Source: Raillietiella orientalis
Lineage: Eukaryota
DNA: 64,000 bases
Reading direction: 5' to 3'
Assembly (NCBI GenBank): GCA_036172245.1
Contig: JAYWIR010000028.1
Coordinates: 186,001-250,000, forward strand
Part shown: one piece after another, positions 1 to 12,500 of the stretch
Layout of the letters: each line of letters starts with the position of its first letter
Position numbering within the stretch: the stretch's first letter is position 1
Notes under the pieces: generated by a model
The model's input: the letters and a program-made list of their open reading frames with translations, nothing else
The model's database searches: none
What the model was told of the DNA's origin: nothing
Program-made: the position numbers and the translations under genes

Positions 1-3000
1 ATGTCACCGCTCAGGATGGCACCTTGAGGGAGTGAACGGAGCACCTCGAGGGTGGGGAGAAGTGCGAACGACAGGAACGCGGGAGGGATGCGCCGCAGGC
101 GCAAGTCGTCCCCGGAAGCAGCTGCGGGAAGGAGCAACGGTCGAGAGGAAGGTCGGAAAACTGTAGCCAGACCCAAGACGGAATCCGTCGGAGCAACGTG
201 AGTGCGATGCTCGGAAAGGCCAAGATCAAGCTTGATCGAAATACGGGGATAAATCTCGAAGATGTGTAGGGGGGAGAAAGTAAAATAAAAGTGTCGAGAG
301 GAAACACTTTGGCTTTAGTGTGTCGAGCGGCAAGCGCAGCACCTGCGCCGCACTCCGGCTTTCGTACATGGAAAATGTACTGTTCCAAGTCTCGCCCACA
401 AAGTCGACGAGGCTCTTCCTCATCAGTTGACTGCATCTCTGATTCCCATGAGTTTCATGGGATTCCTCGAGCTTCGTCTCTCCAAGACGTTCGTCTCTTT
501 CCATTCATCCATGCATTCACTCCATGCCGAACGTCTTGTCATCATTTTGATTCGCACTGCAAGTGGCCTTTAGATTTATTAGGCCTGAGGCATTCTGTGG
601 AAAAGACCATTCTTATCAAGATACCTTCTTCTGTAAATAATTCCTTCCACCGATTCGAAACCCAGAAGGAAATGTGCCTTAGAGGACAACACCATCGCAG
701 CTTGTGGCTCACTTGCAGCTTTTGTGTTGCCACATGTCAGTACTCTCCTGAACCACCTGAAGGTGACGCCTCCCAGGATCACAGAGCGTGCATCCACTTC
801 TTTTCCAAGCAAGCAGATGGGAATCCGAGTCACTGATGACTATGTCTCGCCCGAAACAGCAGAGACAATTAGAGCTGTTCCATACGGAAATAAGGTCTTA
901 CAAGATGCATTGAAAAATAAGGTGATAGGAGGAAAGGAATCCATTCGATCCTCATGGATGGATGGATGGCTGAACTCTCGGATCTGACAGGATCAATTTT
1001 AAATAACGCGGAGATGCAAAATCCGAAGCGTTAAAAGCATAGTGGGTCCACTTGTAAGTCTTCTCAAGGACTGAACGATTGCCAGTAGATCAGCAATGAG
1101 AATTTGGGCGGCACCCCTCATGATATTCTGCATCTTTTCAAGAGCCACTTGCTCGATCATCCCATCCAAATCATCATCAATCGTGATGTATTTGACGCGG
1201 TGCAGGAAGAGCAGGGAAAGAATCGTGGAGGGACCGACCTTGCTCTGTGATCTTTTCGTTCTTTCTTTCAAAGCATCGGCGTCTCTCACTCTTTCGCACC
1301 GCGAAGGATCCTCCGTTAGCGTTACCACTCCAGATTGTGTCTGTGTTTCACATTGCAGAATCCGTTTCCTGGGGTTTCATACACGCGCGCTGTTATTTAT
1401 TCCCTGTTTTGATTCCCGCATCTGAAAGTCTCGCGTCGGAAGCCTCAATTTCGCGTTCCTCTGCACGAGAGCGGATGTGGGTCTATGATCTTAGCGAGCA
1501 GACTGAAACTTCTCCGGGTGGAATTGCCCGGAAGCTGCTTTGCATGCCGTGGCTCCACTCAGCGCCGCGATTCTGTCAGCTTACCAGCCGTGCCGCACGT
1601 CTGTTTGTGCTTCTTCTACTCCTCGGACCCGAAGATCCTGAATGTCCTCCTCGTCCCTGGATAGCTCCCTTCCTGGTTTGCAGTCCACGCATACTCCGTG
1701 CCGTTTCCACCCGAGCGATCCGAATCCTTTTGGATTCTCCTCTTTTGGACAACGTGCCGCGCCCACGAGCAATTAGTGCATTCTGTGGCAGTGATGGAAG
1801 GTGGAAAATTTTTCTCACGAAGAAACGTACGGAGGCTGGCAAAGTACCGCGGCGTGCCATGGTACACCTTCTCTCGGGAAGTTCTCTCAAAGCCGGGATC
1901 GATCAGCTCGTCCTCAAGGTGCAATGCTTGGTGGGATAAAATTCTTGCACGAGATGCTCTGTGTGATCTTCAAGCAGCATTACGTGAAAAGGTACCGAAA
2001 AAGATACTGCGATCATTTGGTTTATACACAGAACAGGTCATTTAATGTACTTGCAGATGATTCCCTGTCTGATTTTGGCTTCTGCAACTCTCAGACCGAT
2101 TTTCGCAAACAGATCTCGCCACTTGTTGAAATTCAATTCTAGCCAAACTGTTTCACATCATTTCGCGGCGAACTCTTGGCGAAGGTGCAGTGACCTCGTC
2201 GTATCCATGGGGTCTCTGCATCTTCGCTATCTATGTGTCTGCTGCACGAACATGGCGCGTCAACATTAGCACTTCCCTCTCTTGAAATGCAAATCCTACC
2301 GCCACGGAGGTTGCCGTGGCACTCGGAATCACCCTTCTTTCAGGATGGGACTCAAAAGGGTGGATGCCCCAGAGCTGCGAAAGCATGACCAGGACAGGAA
2401 TGCGTTTTCGCGCCTCATCGTCCGAAGAAACCACGCGTCATCAGAGCAGATCACGAGAAGGATAACCCAAACCATCCCCCCAGTTCCGCTTTGTCCGGAC
2501 AAGGGACCTCAGCACGAGGAAACGTTACCAACAGATGAGATGTTCTTGTAGATGGTTGATGGCCTATGCTGCTGTTCCGGGGAGGTACTCTCTGCGCGTT
2601 TCGGTAGCACGAGGACGCCGCCGTTGCTTCCAAGGAGCAAAGGCGGCGTCCTCGGCTATTATTTTTTCCATCGGCTCGCATCCTCTCCACCAGTTTAGCG
2701 GAGTTGGCTCGCTGCTCTTCCGTTCCGGATCCCAGGGACCACAAGCAGCACGAAAATCCAGCAGGACATCTTAGCCACCTCTTGACCTCTAGTCTTCGGC
2801 TGGGCTTTCCGAATCGGCGGCCGTGCGCGCCTTCTTCCCTGGGCACTCGCTGCAAGGCGTCGTCTTGAAACGGTGAATTGCTTCTGGGCGCAACCTCCCC
2901 AGAAACTGCCAGCCGAGTACTCGAGAAGCCATCTTTCGTCGTCGCATGCTAAGCAACTCTGGAAGACTTCTCCAAGCGCCTCTGCACGAGCGGAGAGCAG

Positions 3001-4403
3001 AATACTAATAATTAAGCCTCCAGAGATTAACGCTGGACCGATGTCTCCGTTTGCTTTCGTTCGTCCTAAAAGCACACTGTGCTTTTCACTTCCAGCTGGG
3101 AGGTATCCTTGGTAGCTGCATCAGGAAGGGTTCCACATCCGTCTGGTGCCTTCTTGGAACGATGGCCGATCACAGCATCCGTGGTAGCTGAATTGGAGAT
3201 TGAAAGCGGGAGCACGTCAGTGCTTCCAGGGATCTCGTAGGCATATCTTTTTTTTTTGGGGTGGTGGTGGTGCTCATGAACACCTCAGAAAAGACTCTCT
3301 CTCGGATCGAAAAAGGCGCTCGTGGAAAATCCGCCTTGTTGTACGTTTCTGCTCGACGTTGGCATCCAAAGGTGGTCCTCAACGGTTCATTACCTTTTCA
3401 GCGAATAACTACCGGAAGCTTCACGTTATCTGCAGGAAACCTCTGAGCGTCGACTTCATCCACTCGAGTCCTTCAAGATGCCCGAGCCTTCGGATTTCCG
3501 AATCGGGAAACTCGGCCGATGTTCCCCGCCGACACTTTTGCGATGATCTGTGGTTACTCGACCATCGGGAAGCTGTCTTCTCGAGAAGATCCGCAGTGGT
3601 GTGTCCGGAGGAACTGCTTCTTGCGAACATTCACGCACGTTTTCGTTTCTTTGATGTAACGGATGAAGGATTTTTTCTGGAACCGATTTCTGCATCCGCT
3701 ACAGCCGAGCACCCGAGGCACTTGACGGATGGGGTGAAATTATAGGTTGCTTTCGATCGCGCCCTACCAACCCAAGAGCCATTCCGCTCCCGATGGATGT
3801 GTTCTTTGCAGTGTTCAACTCTTTCGCCACTACGAAACTTTCCCAAGGGGAAGACCAAAAGCTGCTGCCGCCGACGCGGTGTGCGCGTTTCCTGCGGGCA
3901 TCGGTCTCCGACGGCCACTGCTTCGGATGCTCTTCGTGCCTGCGGCTCCTCCGGGTCGACACGCGCAACGCCATCGTCACGATCTGAATGGGTTCCTTCG
4001 GGGCCGAGATGGGGCTGGAAAAGCCTCGCAGGAACGGCGCGGTGGTCCACCTGCCTGAAAGGGGAAAGGTCTTTTCGGGGATGGGGTGGGGGGCAATTCC
4101 CTGCTGCTGCTGCTGCTGCTGGAGAACGATCGGCTCCCTGGGAATTACCGTGCACGGCAACGCGCGCACGGAGGAGCAAATCCGCGGATTCCCTGCGGAT
4201 TCAAGTCGATCCCTTTGGGCTGGGAACCTCCGCCCGCAGCCTGGGCGGCCCTTCGGGAACGGAGCCGCGAAAACCAAAGCTTCCCCGAAAGCGGCGGCAA
4301 TCAAGCAGCACGGAAGACTTACTTGAAAAGCTTTCCGTCGTACCTATTTTTACCTTCAAAGAATCCATTCGAACTCGGAAATGATTCGTTGTAAATTCAT
4401 GCC

Positions 4404-4620
4404 GAGGAAAGAAAGGAAAGAAAAAAAAAAAGAAGAAGAAGAAAAAAAAAAAAAACGCAGGCGATGCGAAAGCGCGAGCAGCGCTGTTAAATCACGTCAA
4501 GGGAGGGAGGGAAGAAGGGGGGGGGGGGAAGAAGAAGAAGAAGAAGAAGAAAAGGAAGAAAAAAAAAAAGAAGAAAAAAAAAAAAAAAGCAAGAAAAAAA
4601 AAAAAAAAAGAAAGAAAGAA
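4404..4620. repeat. Polypurine low-complexity tract (A runs, G run, (GAA)n)
   Basis: Almost purine-only over 4404-4455 and 4499-4620; explains the spurious K/E-rich ORF 4381-4686. Confidence 0.9.
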
Positions 4621-6129
4621 TACTCCATGAAAAATAATCGAACTATCCAGAAAGTGGAACCGCTCGTAAATGGAAGATCAAATTAGGATTCCGAAGGAAA
4701 GCGATGTGCTCCCTGCAGTCTGCTGCAGAGGCTGTCAACTAATTGGGGAATCTTTCATCCGGGATCACATGTTAGGATTCCACGATGCATGCAAAACAGG
4801 GATACGTCTGAGCCTTGCACTTAGCGGTGGTGGAACACCGTGTTTTCTTCCCTTTGTCCATGAGAAAAGCGAGCGCATCCGGCAGGGACATCCTCAGGAA
4901 GCACCCCATGAAGGGAACTGTTTTCAAGGGGTAAGCATTGGTTGATTTTCGTCCTTCGATGTACGCGTTGTTGTTGTTGCGGAAGTGTACAGCACAGAGT
5001 GTCTCCGCGAAAATAACCCCAAGCGGGCATTGATAATGGCACGTGCCGTTGACACGGAAGGGCAGCATCTGAGATTCCACGTGCGGGGGCGGCTGCTGCT
5101 CGATGAAATCTCCCACTCGGTTTCGAATATTTGCGCGGGTGGGCATTCCGATTCGGGGGGCAGGGAAAAAGGGGGGGGGGAGGAAGGGGGGGGCTGTATT
5201 CTCCTTTCGTGAGTGATCCCGCTGCGTGGATGAGGGCAGAGTGATGAAAGAACGCAGGAGGAAATTTCGTTTTTTTTTTGGGGGGGAGGGGGGAAAGGGG
5301 GGACGCCGAATGCGACGGAGAAGACCGATCCGATTTTCGGATTCGGGAATTGCAGATGGGCGAACGAATCGCGGATTAAGCATCGCAGACGGAGCTCTCC
5401 TCACCGCAGATGAAATTTGCGGATGAGGATGGCGGTTTCCGAGGTTTGCTCCTCCTCCTGGCAGGAACGTCTTTCCACAGGGATGATGATGTTCCTCCTC
5501 TCTCCCCCCACCCCGCCTCCCCCAACTTTGAATAGCGCGCCGACCACTGGGCTGCGAAGGCGCCAAGCGCGCATCTCAGAGCGCGTGGTTTTCGCGCACG
5601 ACCGGATTTCATGTCCGTGCGGTTCGGATGACCACAGCACGTGGCTCGGGCGCAACGGGTGAAGGTGAGCGCGCCACCGGAATCAATTCGCCCGCTCGAC
5701 GTTCCCGGAAGTTCTTCGGCGGTGTTTCGCACTTCCGGGAGCAGGTCCTCCGAAGGCAGTTTCGTGAAATCCCGTTGCCATGCGAGCAGCCTCGTACGGC
5801 CGCACGGGTTGACGACTAGCCCGCGGTCCTGGCGAAACGAAAAGGTGGTCAGAAAAAAAAAGAGAGTCTTGGAGTCCTCGCCGCCAGCTCTATAGATATC
5901 GACCCGCTGCGCAGGCAGGTGCTATGCGGGACAACGCGCAAGAGCGCAGCTTTCTTTCGGGGACGAGGAGGAATCTGCGACTGCATCTCAGAGAATGCGT
6001 TTCGTTTCCCCTTCGTGCTCTTTGGTGACGGTCCGTTTCCCGAACGCGGAGGATCTTTCCCGCATGGGTCGAATCCCTATTAAACCCGAAACAGGATGAG
6101 AAGAAGAAATCCCTCACGAGGTCCCGTGG

Positions 6130-6161
<32 letters not shown>

Positions 6162-9149
6162 AAGGAAGAAGCTCCGCACGAAAATAAACCTTCGTGGTAC
6201 GCGTGGCACGCGAACGAGCTGATTTCTTCCGCGTAAGTGCAACGACACGGCGGCTGCGAGATGGAGATGGATTTCCGGCAAAGCGCACGGAGCACTCGGC
6301 GCTTGGGATGCCTTTGCCGAGCTCTGCGATCACTTACGCAGGACCCCTCTCGTCCTTCGAGATTCAGGCTGCCCATTCGTGATGCATTTTCGCAGCCCTT
6401 GGGCTTTGATTTCAGTACAGTTCTTACGTTGCGCTTCGACCCCGTGACCTCGCGTGGTAGCATCCGAAGAGTGTACCTCTTTAGGAGTTTCCGATGCGCG
6501 GGGGGAGGGGGGAGGTGAGGGCCAAGACGGCCCGAGCTTGCAGCGACGGTGACCTGCAATCCCGGAAAATGTTCCCTCTTTCGGCTCGACGAAACTCTTC
6601 CCTCCACGTGGATGGAACTTTACTCGATCGCGGTTTGTCCCGAATTCTTTGGCTGGGTAGGTGGTGGCCCGTCGCACATCTTTCTCCGTAAATGAAGAAA
6701 ACGCACACATTTGGTGGAACCGAAACGACCGGACCACCTATCGAACATATTTCCCACGTCCTTCGTCAATGATGGCATCGAACCTCTCCCGCTGGGGAAT
6801 CCAAGGGGCGCCCCTCCACGCGCCATCCTCGCTGATTCTTCGCGTTCCATCCCCGGACATGGGGTCCTCGGGTTCCACCTCTGCGGTCCCTGAAGGACAT
6901 AAAATGCAGAGCACGGAAATTCCTCAGAAGGAGAATCCTTTTCGGAATCTTCACCGTCGGCGGAGGGAATTCGACACGCACCAAATCATTATGGAGGAAA
7001 TGACGAGTCCGCTCTGCCCGTTGCAGTCGCTGTTCTTCCTCGGGCCAAGTTGCGTCCCTACTCGTTAGTTTTCTCTTGGCGAATCCCGAAGAGGCAGCCC
7101 CACTCGGTAAGGACTAATTAGATTTCTAATTTGAAGGGTCGACTCTGAAAAGGAGGTTTCCTTCATCGAGTCCTCTGGGGAAACGGAAGTTCGTCACAAC
7201 CCTTCCCGAAATTTCTAAAGATGGATTTCACGTGATGAATGCGATATCGGCTCGCCTTTGCTTTCCTTTTTTCTTTCTTTCTTCAGTACACTTCAATTAG
7301 AAATCATCATCACCACTTTTTTTTTTCTTACGAAATCTCCGAATGAAGTTGTGGTTCAGTGTTTGTTATCTTCCGCTGGAATTCTTCTCTTCCAAGATCT
7401 CTTGGTAATCTCTTTGCGGATCTTTATCCTCCTTGGCCGTCCGGAGTTTCAATGATTCCAATTCATCCCTCACCTTGGCTCGGAAATTCCTTCGCGAGCA
7501 CCCATGGGATCGACTATTTAATAAACACAACCTATTTCTGACTTGCTGATTTTCACGCTTGCTTTGTGATCTTTTTTGCAAAAAGTTGCACTTGCGAATC
7601 TCCGAGTGCTGAGATTGAAAATTTTCAAACGCCGGGCACTTCGTTCGGATATGCTCGCTATCGGACTTTTTCAGTGAACAAACTCGAGTCGATCGTTACG
7701 GTCCAGATAGTGGAAGATGCGCACACCGCTGTAGGACATCATCCTGAGATGCCGTTTGCGGCGGTCCCTCGATCTGACCGACGCCGTCTTTCCCCCGCAG
7801 ACTAGGTGATGTGGGCAATCGGATGCTCGTGATTACCACCACCCTTTGGCCCCCCCTAGTATCGGCACTCGGACAGGGTCTCAGAGAGCTTCGCGAATGA
7901 CCTTGTCGTTTCTTTCATTCACCGTGACCTCCACATTTTTCTTAAGGCTTTCCTAGTCCTCTGGTTGCTCGTTCGTCGATGGTTCCATTTCACATGCGGC
8001 ATATATCACATCCTTTTCTTCCTTTCTATCAGCCGAAACTTCACATTCTTAGGATATTTTACAGTATCTCTTTATCTTGAAAAAAAGTGCTCGAATGAGG
8101 GACTCTCGAGTGAGGAATTCGAAGTGAGGAACTCATTTCTCATGCAAGTCAACGTAGACTCACGCTGCGGAGCACACGGATTTCGAAAGCTCACAATCCA
8201 ATGATTCGGAGGTTCCATCTCTTCACTGCCGTTCCGGCCTGTTTCCAGGGCCACTTGAATGGAGCAGCTGCGAATGAAGATGAAAGTTTTTCTTTCTTTT
8301 TTTGCAAGTCCAAGGAAACGTAACAGCTACCACCTCATCTTCAATTTCATTCACGATCGAAACAAGAGCATCATTTAATAAGCATCTCAAGGAGATTTCG
8401 CTTTTTGTTCCGAGTTTTTCCTTCTTCAAATCTGGCGTATCGCTGTAAAGTCTTTCCCCGATTGAAGGGATGGACCGAACCGGCACTCGATGCTCCCTCC
8501 CCATTGCGAAGGAATCCACTGACGTGGCCCATGTGCCATGCCTCCTTCGGATATCAAGAGGAGGCACCACCCATTACCGTAGCCTGCTGGGAAGACAGCA
8601 GCTCGGAACCCTTGGGCATGCCGTCGCCGCTCAAACAGATGGTGCCTGGGCAGCGCCGCCGCCACCCTGGGCTGCAGTCGGAGCAAAGTTCATCATCCAA
8701 AGGCAGACAGCTGCGGACGTATTGAGCGTCCTGTCCGCGGGAGTTGCCGTTCGCGGTCGCTCTGTGTCGGGTGGTGTGTCCGTAGTGGAAATTTCCGGAA
8801 ACCGCGGACCGTTGCTCGGAAACGCGTCCTTCGAGGAGGAACACGAGCTTTTGACCTGTGGAGATCGGTTTTCGCCGCGCGGAAATCGAGGCTGTTTGGG
8901 GGAGAAATGGTTCCTCCTAACCGCCGTCGTATCCCCTCTTCTCTGAAGGCGAGATAACGTTTCGCGTTTCGAAAGTCCACAAGTTTTCGCCATCCTTCGT
9001 GGATGGTTTCAGGAAACGGTGGAACTTGGAAGGATGAAAAATGCGTTTGAGAGACGTGGGTTGCAGGACCGTGGCTTTTCTCGCATTATCGGCTGGGAAC
9101 GAACTCACTGATAGTGCGATCGTAAGAGTATCTTGGTCTGGACAAGCGG

Positions 9150-9500
9150 TTGCTTTATTTGCTTTAGCGAGGACTGCAGCAATGGATCAGACACAGAAAG
9201 AAGGTGAAGTTGCTTGAACTTTCGTGCATGAATCGAAGGTATGACAAAAGATAAGCTCTGCGATTTCTCCTGAAGGAATTGAGGTGGCAATGGATGGTGA
9301 ATTAAGCATTCTCCAAACGTGCATCCCAAATATCTGCATCCGGACTCCATTCAGCCCTCCATTCCAATTCGAGATTTTCAGGATCCTCATTCTGTCCATT
9401 CCTTTTTCTGGAGCATCTTGCGCTCCCTTGCCATCGCCAAATCGGTGAGAAGGATCCTCATCTCGAGTTGATCAGACACTGTCTGCATTAGCAAAACAGA
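9150..9500 (-). mobile_element. Possible highly decayed non-LTR retrotransposon RT C-terminal fragment
   Basis: MESGCRYLGCTFGECLIHHPLPPQFLQEKSQSLSFVI resembles the LINE RT end motif (K/R)YLGVxFDxxLxFxxH...KAxxxLGFI. Preceded by stop-interrupted sequence. By-eye similarity only. Confidence 0.3.
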
Positions 9501-12500
9501 CCCACACCACGGTTTCCTTTTTCCTCTCCCTTTGCTGCTCTTGTCCTCCACAGCAGCATCTCCACTTTCACACTTGGACGCAAATTGTAGCGTCGTCGTT
9601 GAATGTTGCTCAGTTACGTGCTTTACCCCCTTCCCCCTTCCTCCCCTGGTCTTTCCTTTTCCCGTGAGAGTCCTTTTAAAGTAGGCACAGCACCGCCGAA
9701 ACTGACTATTTCTTTTCGGATGAAACCTCGGGCATCCTCCCTTCTGGGTTGGACCCAAAGCGTCCAGCTCAGGCGACGCCAGGACCGCTTTCGAAGATTA
9801 CGGACTGATTTTCTTCTTCTTCTTCTTCTTCCTGATTATTCCTTACTTTTGATAGTGTCGTGGTGTGCGTTGCTGGTAGTGCTCATTGGAACGCGTGGTG
9901 AGCGCTCCTTCAGGGTGCACTCTGCTGGAGCAAGCTTTTCCCATCAAACAAACCCAAGACATTGGGGGAAACCAATTGCTCCCGAAGAATGGGCCCGGTT
10001 TTGCCCGAGTGTATACAAGGTACATAATATCGTGGGATGATCCATTTCAGTGCTAATAGCTTTTGGTTAAAACATTCCCGAGAACATTAGCAGGTCGAAT
10101 GGTGGGACTGCAGCGAAATGCAATCAGCGGATGCGAGCAGCTGAAAGGCCCCCTCAGTAAAGTGATTAAGAAAGACCGTGCTGGAAAGCTTTTTTGGCAT
10201 TGAAGAATAAGAAGGAAATTATGGAAATCATTCGAGTAAAAAATCATTGCGTAGCTAATGAAGATTACTTTTGCTTTGTTCGCAAAACGCTTTCCCATAC
10301 AGAACGGATCAACCGACGTTGCTCATGCCGAGCTCTTAGGAAATTCTCCGGAAGACCCTTGGATTTCATCTCTTGGTCAAGAGAACCTTCAAGACGGATT
10401 TCTAGGGAGAAAATTCGAAAGCGTTTCTCCTGTTTCTCATATTAACAACAGAGAAAGGAGCAATAAATTTATGAATAACAATAATAATAAAATCTGGCTC
10501 GGACTGATCTTTCCATTAATGGCTGCGAACGAGCAGCCGGAACACTCGACCGTTTAATAGGTCCCGCAAAACCTCTTCATCATTCCCATCTCAAGTAGCT
10601 GCGGACGGCTGGTCGGACGAGAACAGCCAATGTGATTTGCACAAGACACGAATTTGTCCAAAAACCAGAACGAGAAAATTACAGAATGAAGTTCCGATCA
10701 TCAAAAAAAGCAATCCAGATTCATGATATCTACTTCAGTGTAGCTAACAAGGCGAGGCTGGACATCCGTCACAAAGTGCAGCCTTTTCAGCTGCAGAATC
10801 CATGGCTGGAGCAAAAATAGGAAAGGATATGAAGCAAAATGATCAACCCCACCCCACCCCCAAAGAAATAGTGCCCATAAGTAGTAGGTGGGAAAAAGTC
10901 CTTGAAAACATGATTTGCAAGTACCATTTGTACTGATAAATAAAGATTTACGGCACAGGGAGCCACCGAGTACCACCCTTTCCGAGTCCTTATCAGAATA
11001 TTGCAGTTGCAGACGAAAAATCAGGTGGAGGATTTTCCCAATCACGTGCCTCCTTTGCATCATGCAGATTGTACCAATGTCGAGTTGTTGTGACCTGTTC
11101 CTCTGGTTCCGTTGCTTGAGATGGAAAAGTCGAGATTGGGTTTCGAACCGAGCGCTGAATGCTGGCGAGCTTGCTTGGATCCCGCCCATTCCTCGACCCC
11201 ATCCCGAAAGAGCCCTCCAGTCCCCCCCACGCGAGGGTCCGTTACGTCAGCTTGCTTTTCGGGATGGGATGCGAAAGGCCATTCCTTGTGCAAGACTGAA
11301 ACATTCCGAATCAGATGTTCCTTTGGGTTGGTTTCGGTTTCGTAATGAACCGTCCCTTCCGTCCAGAAGAAAGCATGGCATTTTCCATGCAGGGTCCCTT
11401 CCCATGTTCTTTTGCTTGCAGAGGTTTGCGGCTGCTCGGTGAGAAAAGGAGCCTTCAGCTTTTGGGGGGGGGGGTTCCTTCGAGGTCGCGACGCCGGTTT
11501 GGTGCTGCTCGAAGTTTCTAGTGCCCCCCCCCCCCCCACTTGTGGCAAGCGCTCCACGCCCTTTTTTCCCAACTTCCACTCAGGCATTTGGGACGTAATC
11601 GCTCCTTCCCTCCTAGCTGAAAGACACAGTCGGTGATTATCTTTCGCTTTTGGGGTTTCTTTTCTTTCTTTTTTCTTTCCGGTGGCAGCTTCTCTGCTTC
11701 GGTCTCCACCTACTTAGGCTTTCGCAGGGTTTAGCAGAAATCCGATATGCGAGTTCTCGTTAGAATCCCTTCTTCGTTTCGGTCAACGCTCGAAGGATCC
11801 GATTTTATCTGAAAATGCTACAGGGAACCTTAATGCCGAGGGATCCCAAATTTATCCGGTAAACCACGTGTGCATAATGTGCTGCGCGTGTTCTTTTTTG
11901 TTTTTTTCGTGACCGATTTTGCGTTTGAACCAGCTGTCCTGTGTAAGCTTTCTCCCTTTGTGAATCCACGGAAGCTCCTTTCAAACACCGCCTGGACGAC
12001 TTGACCATTTGCTTTGCTTTGGTTCGTGGCACGCCATCGCTTAGGCGCAGTCCGCCTCCGACGACTTTCGACGGAATTTCCGAAATCTGATGCGTTTCGA
12101 CCCACTCCTCGAAATCCTCGCCATCCCAGTGGGAACCGAAATGAAAAATTCCCAAGGCGCAAAGTCCACAGTGATGTGATGTGATTCATCGATCGGTTGT
12201 GAAAACTGCTGTTGCATTCTCGGTCGTTTCGTCGCTGCTGCGCCGCTTCGGGAAGTTGCCGACCCTTCCAGCGACCCAATGCCGCCCCACAGTGCTCGGA
12301 GAATCTCCCTGAGAATGGGTTTCGACCTTTCTTGGGCTTTGATGCAAGTCCTTGGGCCGAAGATCGAAATTTATCCGAACTTTCCCCATGTGCGGATCAT
12401 TTCCGCAGTGCTTCAGAAAACAAGTTTGAAAGCCATGGAGCAGCACTTGGCATCGCTGCTGGCTCGGTCACCATCCCAAGAGTCGGGATCTGAAGAGGAT

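Noticed and set aside
4381..4686. K/E-rich ORF
   Set aside because: Translation of a polypurine simple-sequence tract.
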